Assembly (NCBI RefSeq): GCF_000027125.1
Contig: NC_017626.1
Length of the DNA: 64,000 nucleotides
Strand: one strand, 5' to 3'
From: Escherichia coli 042
GTDB lineage: Bacteria; Pseudomonadota; Gammaproteobacteria; Enterobacterales; Enterobacteriaceae
Shown one piece after another: positions 1-9,741 of this stretch (positions within the stretch are counted from its first letter, which is position 1; every line of letters begins with the position of its first letter). Under the pieces are notes generated by a model that did no database searches, was not told where the DNA came from, and worked only from the letters and a program-made list of their open reading frames with translations. Position numbers and translations under genes: made by a program.

Positions 1-463
1 CAAGAATATCCATAACACCTTTCCGATCTATTCCGGCATCTCTAAATGGTAAACTAATAGTTAAATTTGCATTTTTCGAACTATATCCTTCACGGTAATC
101 TTCGTCTGCTCTTATTGCTACATAGCTTGTAACTTTATCACCAGCATTAAGCATCGGACGAACCCACTGTTCGAAGGGCGCGAGTTTTAACTGACGAGTA
201 CACCAACGAGTCTGCGGCGAGGGTAGAAAATGATTATATTCACGTAACCAGAAATCAAAACCACGTCTAGGGTTTAGTCTGGCAATTGGTTTGCCTAAAA
301 ATCCTTCTAATCGCCCCAAAAACTCATAGACTTCAGGTAATTCTTTACCTGTATCAGTAAAGAAATAGTCGATATCTAACTCGGGGCGTGTCTGGCGCAT
401 GAAAACAGCAAGTGCAGCACTGTCTTTACCCCCAGAAATACCAAGTACATGCTTTTCAGTCAT
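1..463 (-). CDS. PAPS-reductase-family PP-loop protein, N-terminal ~154 codons (gene continues past window start)
   Basis: Minus-strand translation from ATG at 461-463: MTEKHVLGISGGKDSAALAVF...FFTDTGKELPEVYEFL...RWCTRQLK. SGGxDS PP-loop motif and PAPS-reductase-like TDTG region. 2-bp gap after stop of upstream ATPase gene. Confidence 0.7.
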   Translation of the reverse strand, partial: MTEKHVLGISGGKDSAALAVFMRQTRPELDIDYFFTDTGKELPEVYEFLGRLEGFLGKPIARLNPRRGFDFWLREYNHFLPSPQTRWCTRQLKLAPFEQWVRPMLNAGDKVTSYVAIRADEDYREGYSSKNANLTISLPFRDAGIDRKGVMDIL

Positions 464-3400
464 TCTTAACCTCAACATCATGCTGAGCGATTTTAATACA
501 AGCTTTACCTAATGCAGCCATTATAATATCTGGGTTTAATCCTTTTCCAGATAATGTTCTAATTAACTCACCGGCGAGGTTGTCAATCTGATGGTTGAAT
601 TGCTCAGGTATACTGAATTCGTGTTTGAATGTTTTCATTTCTGAACCAGCTCCAATAACCACTGCAAATGCCTCGCTTGATGGTTTTCGTCCTTGGATCG
701 ATACTAATGCTTCGGATTGGCGAAACCGCAGTGCAAAATTGGCTATTTCCATAAGTGCTAAATCAATATCTCGATCATTCCAGTCTCTTGGAGGCTTGTT
801 TGCAGCTAGGCTGAGTATACCTTCTATAGAATAATGACTACCATCGTACGTAGCTAAACGTGTTGAAAAGGCATCTTGCCGAAGTTCGCCAGTGATACCG
901 GATAACGTTTCAGCACGTTTTCGTAGTGTAGATAAGTCATCTTTATTAGCATTCAGAGCTTTTAGCATTCTTGATGCAAATTGGTCTAAGAGTTTGTCAT
1001 AGGCACTCCAAAGTTCTTTTACTGGAGCCTGTAATGCATCAACATAATTTTTCCCACTTTCTACATTTAGAGCCGCGGCTAAATCAATAAATAAAACTTT
1101 ATGAGGATCGCTAGCTTTTAATAGTGTATCTCGTACCTTCTTCGCATTAGATGAAAGTCTCGCCGTCCTTTGTGTCCAATTTGGGAGTCCAACAATCATG
1201 GCAACTAGACTTCTGGCAGCTTCTAACGGTTCAGCTGAATTAGACATGAGACCAATAGAATCAAGAAGTTTACCAATTCCTACTAGAATCTTTTGTTTTT
1301 CATCATCAATTACAATCCACCGCAAGGAAAAACGTTTTTCATCCTGCAAGTATTCATCAATATCTGCATCAGTAAAAGTAGGAATAAATAATCCATCTTT
1401 ATAAATAGCAATATTACTTTTAGATGCCAGAAGGAAGGCCATAAATATTATCGGTATAACACCTTTTTTTAAACCAAATGGAGGTTTAGCCCAAAGGGTA
1501 TGAATATCAGATACTGATATCATTTGATTTTTATTTTTAATGAAATCATGCGTTTTCTTCCAAAGACCATAAAACGACGAATGCTTGTCGCTGACCGCAG
1601 GAAGAAAATGATAATACCCATCATGATGCTTCGCATACAAGCCGGTACGATGGAGAATCGTTTCATATAGGCCGCGTGAGGCAGGATATCCCTCAATTCC
1701 AAGATGGAGTTCACCCTCATTTTCTAGCATTCGATATAACAATTCTTTCCTGGCTTTTACGCTATTGCTGGATAAATTATCACGATTAACTAATTCACTC
1801 CATAACCTTGGAGCTTTGTAGTAAATATTATCTGCAAGAGAGGATGCAATTGATGATAAAGTACCTTTAGGTTCCGCCTGAGCAGAATCTATACACCATT
1901 CCGCAGTCGCTAATGCCTCTGCTAACTGTTCTTCTAATGTTGATTGCGTTGCACTTATCCTTGCTTGGACTTCTCTTCGTGCAACAGCATCACCTTGTAA
2001 TTCATGTCCACGTTTAGTTTGGACTATTTGAAGTGCTAGGAGTTCGGCACCTAAATCTTCTATGCGCAGGTAGTTATGTGGAATCCCGGCAACAATGGGC
2101 CATGGCTTTGAACGAGAAGCATCAGCACAAATTATTTTAGCTTGTTCTTCATTTACATTTCTTTCAGGAAGTGCCAGAAGAAATAATCCAAACTCTCCGT
2201 TACGTGGCTGGAACTCTTCTGAATATTTTTTTACCTCGTTAAGGTGACAAAGTGCAATATTCATCCAGCGAAAAGTACCAGTTTGATGGTAATGCCTTTT
2301 TGCAATTACAGGATAAAGATTAGCAATTTTATTCAGTTGACTAAAATCTGTTCCAAGCATGGTTGCACGTGATTGTGCAACGGCTTGGTCAATATTAAAA
2401 TCACTTCCTTCAAAAACAGACCATGCCCCGGTATGTTTTTTGAATATGATAACACGCCATTTAGAAAGATCTTCGAGTGCGGATCTAATATTTTCAATAG
2501 AAGTATTCAAGAATAATGATTCTAGTATGCTTGTTTCAGCGGTCAATCCTGAACCATCTTTGAAAAGGTCAAGTATTGCAATACATTTAATTAAATCAAT
2601 ATGCAATATATTATCAGATTTTGCCTCCGCACGTTCTACAGCGTCTACCGCTTGTGCCCAACGATGTCCATCATTAGAGGCCAAAATTAATTGTTCAAGA
2701 TTTGCTCTTAAGTAATCGAAATAGTTTGAGGGAAGATACCAAGTAGCCTCTTCAAATGTGGTTAGATTGAGATAGTTTTGAAACCCGAAAGGTTCAGAGG
2801 ACGAGAGAAAACCAAAAGTTGAACGCTCGTTCTGTCCAAACTGACGTTTTGATATAGGTCCTAATAAAGCAGCCATTACCGGGTGTAAAGGCCAACACTT
2901 GGATAATGCATAATCATATTGCTTTCCAACCATTGGGCGTCGATCATAAATAGCATCCGCGACTACTTGCGCTACTTTTTGAGTGTATTTGGGTCTTTTT
3001 TTAACATCTAACGCTTTACCTATAAGTTCAACAACTTCATCACTCCCTGCAACTAAGGGAATATCAGCATAACGGCCTTGGATTTTAGTCCACTCTTCAC
3101 GAGTTTCAAGTCCAAGTCGAACAGCATATTGTCCAAAAGATTGATGTAATATACCTAAGATAATGACTTTACCATTTGTACGTGCTGCAGATTCAGCAAG
3201 CTCTTGGTAAAAATAAATATCATCGCCATTTCCTAAAGCTGATGCTTCAAGGAACTTACCTAGCTCGTCAATGATAAGCAAGGTACCATCTAACTTCGCT
3301 TCATCTGCAGCACTGCATATGTGTTTAATAAGTAATGATGCTGATTTTTTATAATCTTTATCACTACCACAAACATTATTCAGAGTTTGCGAAATTTGTT

Positions 3401-3800
3401 GGATTATGCTACCTCTGCGGCCAATAACTGGAAGTATTAACCATCCTTTTTTAACTTGGAATGCTTTATCAAAATCACTTTGTGAATCGACATTTAACAA
3501 TGACCTTGCTTTTTCACGTAGAGCTTTGTTAGGTGATAATGAACTTGCAAGAACTAACGCTAATGATGATTTCCCACTTCCATACGGACCAGTCCATGTG
3601 AAAGCTCGCTGTTGGCTATTCAGAACCTGCTTGGACATGTTTTCAAGAACGCTTTGTGCCGTGCCATTGCATACATATCCATCAAGCGCATCTTCGCGGC
3701 CAAGATCAGCATCAATACGGATGGAACGTTGGTATTGTCTCGCAATGCGAACCTGTTCTGAAAGAAGGTTTTTATTATGTTTAGTCATAAGCCTTTCCAA
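456..3800 (-). CDS. Large P-loop NTPase (1114 aa), uncharacterised
   Basis: Supplied ORF; Walker A GPYGSGKSS near residue 70 and Walker B-like LLIIDELGKF near residue 175; long C-terminal extension. Overlaps upstream gene by 20 bp. AT-rich codon usage. Confidence 0.6.
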   Translation of the reverse strand: MERLMTKHNKNLLSEQVRIARQYQRSIRIDADLGREDALDGYVCNGTAQSVLENMSKQVLNSQQRAFTWTGPYGSGKSSLALVLASSLSPNKALREKARSLLNVDSQSDFDKAFQVKKGWLILPVIGRRGSIIQQISQTLNNVCGSDKDYKKSASLLIKHICSAADEAKLDGTLLIIDELGKFLEASALGNGDDIYFYQELAESAARTNGKVIILGILHQSFGQYAVRLGLETREEWTKIQGRYADIPLVAGSDEVVELIGKALDVKKRPKYTQKVAQVVADAIYDRRPMVGKQYDYALSKCWPLHPVMAALLGPISKRQFGQNERSTFGFLSSSEPFGFQNYLNLTTFEEATWYLPSNYFDYLRANLEQLILASNDGHRWAQAVDAVERAEAKSDNILHIDLIKCIAILDLFKDGSGLTAETSILESLFLNTSIENIRSALEDLSKWRVIIFKKHTGAWSVFEGSDFNIDQAVAQSRATMLGTDFSQLNKIANLYPVIAKRHYHQTGTFRWMNIALCHLNEVKKYSEEFQPRNGEFGLFLLALPERNVNEEQAKIICADASRSKPWPIVAGIPHNYLRIEDLGAELLALQIVQTKRGHELQGDAVARREVQARISATQSTLEEQLAEALATAEWCIDSAQAEPKGTLSSIASSLADNIYYKAPRLWSELVNRDNLSSNSVKARKELLYRMLENEGELHLGIEGYPASRGLYETILHRTGLYAKHHDGYYHFLPAVSDKHSSFYGLWKKTHDFIKNKNQMISVSDIHTLWAKPPFGLKKGVIPIIFMAFLLASKSNIAIYKDGLFIPTFTDADIDEYLQDEKRFSLRWIVIDDEKQKILVGIGKLLDSIGLMSNSAEPLEAARSLVAMIVGLPNWTQRTARLSSNAKKVRDTLLKASDPHKVLFIDLAAALNVESGKNYVDALQAPVKELWSAYDKLLDQFASRMLKALNANKDDLSTLRKRAETLSGITGELRQDAFSTRLATYDGSHYSIEGILSLAANKPPRDWNDRDIDLALMEIANFALRFRQSEALVSIQGRKPSSEAFAVVIGAGSEMKTFKHEFSIPEQFNHQIDNLAGELIRTLSGKGLNPDIIMAALGKACIKIAQHDVEVKND

Positions 3801-4671
3801 GCATGTTCAATTTAATTACTTCTGTTTCTGATGTTTTACGATGAACCTGGCGTAAACCAGCTGTATCAGTCCATATAAATGAACCTTCAGTTAACTCTTC
3901 TAATGCGAATAATCGTTCTGCAATAGAGTCTTCATCGAGCTTAAATACTCTACCCGGAGAACCGTCCCCATATGCAATTGTTTCGAAGGATAATGAGCTG
4001 AGATTTAGGGCCTTACGCTCCCAATAATCGATCAGAGCATAAGCAAATACACCATCAGACAAAGTAATCTTTGGACCTCGACGAAATGAAAAGTGTCCTT
4101 TTTTTTCTTCAGCTAGTAAACCTAATTCACCAAGCATAGGTTCGGCAAAGTCTTCAGGAGTGGTTCCACTCGACCGCGGTGCATAACTACGCAAACATGT
4201 CTCAATATCTCGAGAAAGTGTCATTGGTGATAGTTTTCTCCCAGGACAACATTGCGTAGCATAGTCAGCTAAAAGAGCCCGGAGGTCTTCTTGTGTAAAA
4301 GATGAAGAAACAACATGGTTAAATAACCAGTACCAAGTTGTCGAGCGTTCTCCTTTTCCTGAAAGCTTCCAATGGCTAAGCCATGCTGTCGAGGGATGCT
4401 CTGAATAAGGATCAAGCCCATGTTCGCTAAATATTTTAATAGCAAATTCTGTAAGTTTGAATTTACCATCCTCTTCTCGCATTACTTCACAGGCGAGTGC
4501 CCAATGCTTGATTGATGCGACCATGTTTTTGCCTACACCAAATTTGGCAATGGCCTCATCATTCGAAAAAACCGATTTGTCAATAGAACCATCCGGCGCT
4601 GCATAACTGCAGGTTTTTTTTAACCACATTTGTCTTAGTGGGAAGGTCTCGTGACCTGAAAAGTGAGCCAT
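3781..4671 (-). CDS. Hypothetical protein (296 aa), first gene of three-gene module; possibly a DUF4007-type protein (from memory, unverified)
   Basis: Supplied ORF MAHFSGHETFPLRQMWLKK...; ATG at 4669-4671; 20-bp overlap with ATPase start suggests translational coupling. Confidence 0.5.
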   Translation of the reverse strand: MAHFSGHETFPLRQMWLKKTCSYAAPDGSIDKSVFSNDEAIAKFGVGKNMVASIKHWALACEVMREEDGKFKLTEFAIKIFSEHGLDPYSEHPSTAWLSHWKLSGKGERSTTWYWLFNHVVSSSFTQEDLRALLADYATQCCPGRKLSPMTLSRDIETCLRSYAPRSSGTTPEDFAEPMLGELGLLAEEKKGHFSFRRGPKITLSDGVFAYALIDYWERKALNLSSLSFETIAYGDGSPGRVFKLDEDSIAERLFALEELTEGSFIWTDTAGLRQVHRKTSETEVIKLNMLGKAYD

Positions 4672-5502
4672 GACTTATCCTAATGCGATAACAACTTTGT
4701 ATAAGCTGATTGTACAGGAACTGGAGAGTTTCACCAGTGGCGGCTTTTGGACATCATTGGGGTGGCGTAGCGGTTTTTTTTTTATTTTTTTCGTTAAAAT
4801 ACATATTGTTAATTGTTTTTTATTGCGGAGGGGAACTGTCTATATCTTCTCATGCATCGGGATTTTTAACAGGCCTGAGCTGGCATGTTCTACCGTTTCA
4901 CACAGAAAGGAACAGTTAGTTTCAAACGGATACTTATCAATCAGTGGTGTGAGAAATGCTAAGAGTGGGAAACGCACTTAATTTTATGATTTCTTAGTGA
5001 CCAGTTTTTAACCATGAGCTAATCTTAAAATCTGATTTTTATCAATGAGTTAATGTTGATGTACTATGCGGCAATGAATGAAGTGTATTGCCATTCCGAA
5101 TTTTTGCTCATTTTTTAGCCATTTCCATACTTTTTTGCGTGAATATTTTATGAACAATGTTCCTTTCATAACTTATCTGTCTCAAATGATACGTTTGGAG
5201 TTTACAATTACTAAATATTTAATGTAAGTGGGAACAGCTATTTTTTGTTCATATTAGCTCCCAGCAGCAAAAGATGATGTAATTCATCCGGTGCAGAGAT
5301 AATATAGGAATGGATAATCTGGAGAGCGACTCTGCAGGCTGATATTGCGGTTTTGCGGCAAGTTTTTGGCATCCGCTTCTACGCCAAATACCTGAAGTAG
5401 GAATGGATGCGTTAGCAGCATACATCCGGATCTGCGCGGGGAATAGCCGGAAACGGCTATCCCTACCACAATAGCTAACTTTGTAATAGTGCCCTTTTAG
5501 GC

Positions 5503-6534
5503 TCATGTACTCTGACGTAATTCTATCTGGTAGTTGAATTGCACGATACGCGACTCTTCTGATTCATCATGATTATTATTCAATAGCCCAATCAGTAACT
5601 TACCCGTCTCTATCCCCATTTTTTTGTAGTCAATACGGATGGATGTCAAGGTTGGGTGTGTTTGATCGCAATTGTCTGAACCATCAAGACAAGCTACAGC
5701 GATATTTTCAGGAATTTTTAACAAACGCCGCTGGCACTCAAACATGATACCCAGCGCAATCTCTTCGTGGCTGCAAATCACAGCATCCAGCTCTGGTTGT
5801 CGCAGTAATATCTCGTTTAATGCGTAACGCCCCAATTGCAGACTTGCGGCATCCGGCATGGTGATAACAAGATCAGAGTTCTGGTAATGGCTCAACATTG
5901 CTTTATGCCAGCCGTTCAGTTGCTGACGTTGCAGGCGGTTGTCCATATGCGCACCGATAAATCCGATATTCTTATAACCCTGTTCCAGCAGATGTTCGGT
6001 CAGTTTATGTGATGCTTCAAAAAATGCTGTTTCGATGGTAATTTGAGCCGGACTGAAAGGGGAACCGACAACGTTAATGGTAGGTATATTTGTTTTCTCG
6101 AGTATCTGGTGAGTTTTATCAGCCAACTGAGAACCAAAAATAACTAACGCCGCCGGGTTGCCTTGAAGAAGCGTCATCAGAATTTCAGCTTCTTTGAGCT
6201 GATTATACTCATGACACCCAAGCAGTAGCTGGAATTCATTTTTATTAAGCACCTGCTGCAACGACTGCATAAAGCGGGAGCTGGCTTTATCTGTCAGGGA
6301 AGGAACCAGTACGGCGACTGTATCACTGTGACCAGATGCAAGGGCGCCAGCAGTTCTGTTGGGAATATAACCCAACTCTTCTACGGCCTGTTCTATCTTT
6401 TCCCTCAGCTTGTCAGATACCTGTTCCGGTGTTCTCAGCGCACGGGAAACGGTCATGGTTCCGACACCTGCAAAGTTAGCGACCTCCTGCAGCGTCACCC
6501 GTCCGGTACCACGGCGCTTACGTGTTTTTTCCAT
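5503..6534 (-). CDS. LacI/GalR-family transcriptional regulator
   Basis: N-terminal HTH VTLQEVANFAGVGTMTVSRAL followed by a periplasmic-binding-protein-like sugar-binding domain; 343 aa; divergent from the PTS genes. Confidence 0.85.
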   Translation of the reverse strand: MEKTRKRRGTGRVTLQEVANFAGVGTMTVSRALRTPEQVSDKLREKIEQAVEELGYIPNRTAGALASGHSDTVAVLVPSLTDKASSRFMQSLQQVLNKNEFQLLLGCHEYNQLKEAEILMTLLQGNPAALVIFGSQLADKTHQILEKTNIPTINVVGSPFSPAQITIETAFFEASHKLTEHLLEQGYKNIGFIGAHMDNRLQRQQLNGWHKAMLSHYQNSDLVITMPDAASLQLGRYALNEILLRQPELDAVICSHEEIALGIMFECQRRLLKIPENIAVACLDGSDNCDQTHPTLTSIRIDYKKMGIETGKLLIGLLNNNHDESEESRIVQFNYQIELRQST

Positions 6535-6804
6535 TTCGACTCCATGGATAATTACAACCAGCTGTTTTCATTACTTTTATTTCACCATTACTCTTTCCAG
6601 TTTTTGCCCACGGTAGCAAATATCCTGTTGCATTGTATATGCAGGAACCGAATATAGCCAAAGCATGGCGGCAGAGAAATGATAGCGCTATCACAAAGAT
6701 TGGTAGCGTTATCAGATAGCGCTATCAAATGCGACAATCATCACATTAATTAATGCGTAAAATATCTACTCTCCTGTTAATTATCATCGGGAGTTATCAG
6801 TAGC

Positions 6805-7248
6805 ATGTTAAAAAATCTATTAAATACAGAGGTCGTTCAGGTCGTGGAACAGGCCAAAGACTGGCGGGAAGCCGTGGCGATTTCATGCCGGCCGTTGATT
6901 GAAAACGGTTCTATCGAACCGCGTTATGTTGATGCGATCTATCGCTCGCACGACACTATCGGTCCGTACTATGTGGTTGGCCCTGGTATTGCGATGCCTC
7001 ATGCGCGCCCGGAAGAGGGAGCTAACAAGCTGTCATTAGCACTGACCCTGATCCCTTCAGGTGTGAATTTTGATGCCGATGAAAACGATCCAGTGAAATT
7101 ACTGATTGTGCTGGCTGCAACCGACAGTACCAGCCACATTGAAGCGATTTCTCAACTCGCCAAGTTATTCGATAACGAAAAAGACATACAGGCCATTTTG
7201 ATGGCCAAAACGACGCAGGACATTTTGTCTGTTATTGCGCGCTATTAA
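6805..7248 (+). CDS. PTS EIIA component, ascorbate (L-Asc) family
   Basis: 147 aa; GIAMPHAR phosphorylation-site-like motif; first gene of EIIA-EIIB-EIIC cluster. Confidence 0.75.
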   Translation: MLKNLLNTEVVQVVEQAKDWREAVAISCRPLIENGSIEPRYVDAIYRSHDTIGPYYVVGPGIAMPHARPEEGANKLSLALTLIPSGVNFDADENDPVKLLIVLAATDSTSHIEAISQLAKLFDNEKDIQAILMAKTTQDILSVIARY

Positions 7249-7263
7249 TCCAGAGGAACATTT

Positions 7264-7551
7264 ATGAAAATTACAGTGGTTTGCGGTAACGGCTTAGGCA
7301 CCAGCCTGATGATGGAAATGAGCATTAAAAGCATTTTGAAGGATTTGTCCGTCAGCGCTGATGTTGATCACGTCGACCTGGGCTCCGCGAAAGGGACGCC
7401 GAGTGATATCTATGTCGGCACCAAAGACATTGCCGAGCAGTTAGTCGCGCAGTCTGTCGCAGGCAAAATCGTCGCACTGGAAAATATGATTGATAAGAAA
7501 GCCATGAGAGAACGTTTATCCGTGGTATTAAACGAATTAGGCGCACTGTAA
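7264..7551 (+). CDS. PTS EIIB component, ascorbate family
   Basis: 95 aa; MKITVVCGNGLGTSLMM with active-site Cys typical of UlaB/SgaB-like EIIB. Confidence 0.8.
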   Translation: MKITVVCGNGLGTSLMMEMSIKSILKDLSVSADVDHVDLGSAKGTPSDIYVGTKDIAEQLVAQSVAGKIVALENMIDKKAMRERLSVVLNELGAL

Positions 7552-7563
7552 GCTGGGGGCGAT

Positions 7564-8820
7564 ATGGATTTCTTTCGTTTTTTGATGAGCGATGTACTTT
7601 CCGAACCCGCAGTGCTGGTCGGTTTAATCGCCCTGATTGGCCTGATTGCACAGAAAAAACCGGTAACCGAATGCATTAAAGGTACCGTCAAGACCATTAT
7701 GGGGTTTGTGATTTTAGGCGCAGGGGCGGGTTTAGTTGTGTCGTCACTGGGTGACTTCGCAAACATTTTCCAGCATGCCTTTGGTATTCAGGGTGTAGTG
7801 CCGAACAATGAAGCCATTGTTTCCGTAGCGCAGAAAAGCTTCGGGAAAGAAATGGCGATGATTATGTTCTTTGCGATGGTTATCAACATTATGATTGCCC
7901 GTTTCACACCGTGGAAATTTATCTTCCTGACCGGTCATCACACGTTGTTTATGTCGATGATGGTAGCGGTAATTCTGTCAACAGCAGGCATGACCGGCAT
8001 TACGCTTATAGCCGTTGGCTCTTTGGTTGTTGGCGTGGCAATGGTCTTTTTCCCGGCTATTGCGCATCCGTACATGAAGAAAGTGACCGGTTCTGATGAC
8101 GTTGCCATCGGCCACTTCTCAACATTATCTTATGTATTGGCTGGTTTCATCGGCAGCAAGTTTGGTAATAAAGAGCACTCGACTGAAGACATGAATGTGC
8201 CGAAAAGTCTGCTGTTCTTGCGCGACACGCCGGTTGCTATCTCTTTTACCATGAGCATAATTTTCCTGGTGACGTGCCTGTTTGCGGGTGCAGATGCGGT
8301 GAAAGAGCTTAGCGGTGGTAAAAACTGGTTCATGTTCTCTATCATGCAATCCATTACCTTCGCAGCTGGCGTGTACATCATTCTGCAGGGTGTGCGCATG
8401 GTGATTGCGGAGATTGTCCCGGCATTCAAAGGTATTTCAGACAAGCTGGTTCCGAATGCCAGACCTGCTCTCGATTGCCCGGTCGTCTTCCCTTACGCAC
8501 CTAACGCTGTACTGGTTGGTTTCCTGAGTAGCTTTGCTGCAGGTTTAATCGGTATGTTCACGTTGTATCTGCTGAACATGATCGTGATTATTCCTGGTGT
8601 GGTGCCGCACTTCTTCGTAGGTGCAGCTGCAGGGGTATTCGGTAATGCAACGGGTGGACGTCGTGGTGCGATTTTGGGTGCCTTCGCTCAAGGCTTGCTT
8701 ATTACCTTCCTGCCAGTATTCTTATTGCCGGTGCTGGGTGATATTGGTTTTGCTAACACCACCTTCAGTGATGCTGACTTTGGCGCACTGGGTATTTTGT
8801 TAGGGATTATCGTTCGCTAA
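7564..8820 (+). CDS. PTS EIIC permease, ascorbate family (UlaA/SgaT-like)
   Basis: 418 aa polytopic membrane protein immediately downstream of EIIA and EIIB. Confidence 0.8.
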   Translation: MDFFRFLMSDVLSEPAVLVGLIALIGLIAQKKPVTECIKGTVKTIMGFVILGAGAGLVVSSLGDFANIFQHAFGIQGVVPNNEAIVSVAQKSFGKEMAMIMFFAMVINIMIARFTPWKFIFLTGHHTLFMSMMVAVILSTAGMTGITLIAVGSLVVGVAMVFFPAIAHPYMKKVTGSDDVAIGHFSTLSYVLAGFIGSKFGNKEHSTEDMNVPKSLLFLRDTPVAISFTMSIIFLVTCLFAGADAVKELSGGKNWFMFSIMQSITFAAGVYIILQGVRMVIAEIVPAFKGISDKLVPNARPALDCPVVFPYAPNAVLVGFLSSFAAGLIGMFTLYLLNMIVIIPGVVPHFFVGAAAGVFGNATGGRRGAILGAFAQGLLITFLPVFLLPVLGDIGFANTTFSDADFGALGILLGIIVR

Positions 8821-8835
8821 TATTTTGATGACATT

Positions 8836-8892
8836 AATATCCTCCAGGATTTCAGGAACGTGGAGGATATTAATTCCTCTTATTTTCTCCAT
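8836..8892 (+). terminator. Rho-independent terminator after PTS EIIC
   Basis: Perfect 13-bp inverted repeat ttaatatcctcca / tggaggatattaa around a 14-nt loop, followed by T-rich run. Confidence 0.55.
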
Positions 8893-9066
8893 TTTTCTTT
8901 CTTCCAGTCAGGACTGCATCCGATTAATCGTAAGCGCTCCGAGAAGTACGTAGCGTAAGGATTATTTTACAGCTGAGAAGTTTCAGTGCAGCAGTTCATG
9001 CACACGGTTCGACGGCTAGTCATTGATCTTCATAATTACCTCGCGTAAAAAACGGGGTAAGGCCGC

Positions 9067-9496
<430 letters not shown>

Positions 9497-9537
9497 TGAC
9501 CAGTTTTTGTTGACCACTACAAATAAATAAAAGAGTT

Positions 9538-9612
9538 GCAGTGCTTGCTCGGTAAGAAAACAATGGAAGTTGAGATCCTCAAAGAAGCTGTGGAGTACAC
9601 CACTCTACAGTA
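9538..9612 (+). pseudogene. IS2-like (IS3 family) orfA C-terminal remnant
   Basis: Translation [22 protein letters not shown] matches C-terminus of IS2 InsC ([24 protein letters not shown]) at 15084-15449. Confidence 0.5.
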
Positions 9613-9741
9613 GTTGCGCAAATTTGGAGTGGACGATAATGTGATCGTCTATAAGGGCAACGCTATCATAGTCTTGTCCTGGCGGGTAAAAAAGCGCGCT
9701 TACCTTAACGATAAGCGCGCCGCTGTTCAGGCCTTGAGTGG

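Noticed and set aside
1-4671. Naming the three-gene module as BREX type 4, Dnd or Ssp
   Set aside because: No pglZ, brxL, dndA/B/D/E or sspA/B visible in the window. Gene order and the 1114-aa NTPase do not match what I recall of those systems. Kept as an unclassified candidate.
5249-5506. 85-aa minus-strand ORF downstream of the LacI-family gene
   Set aside because: AT-rich intergenic DNA, no ribosome-binding site or motifs; likely spurious.
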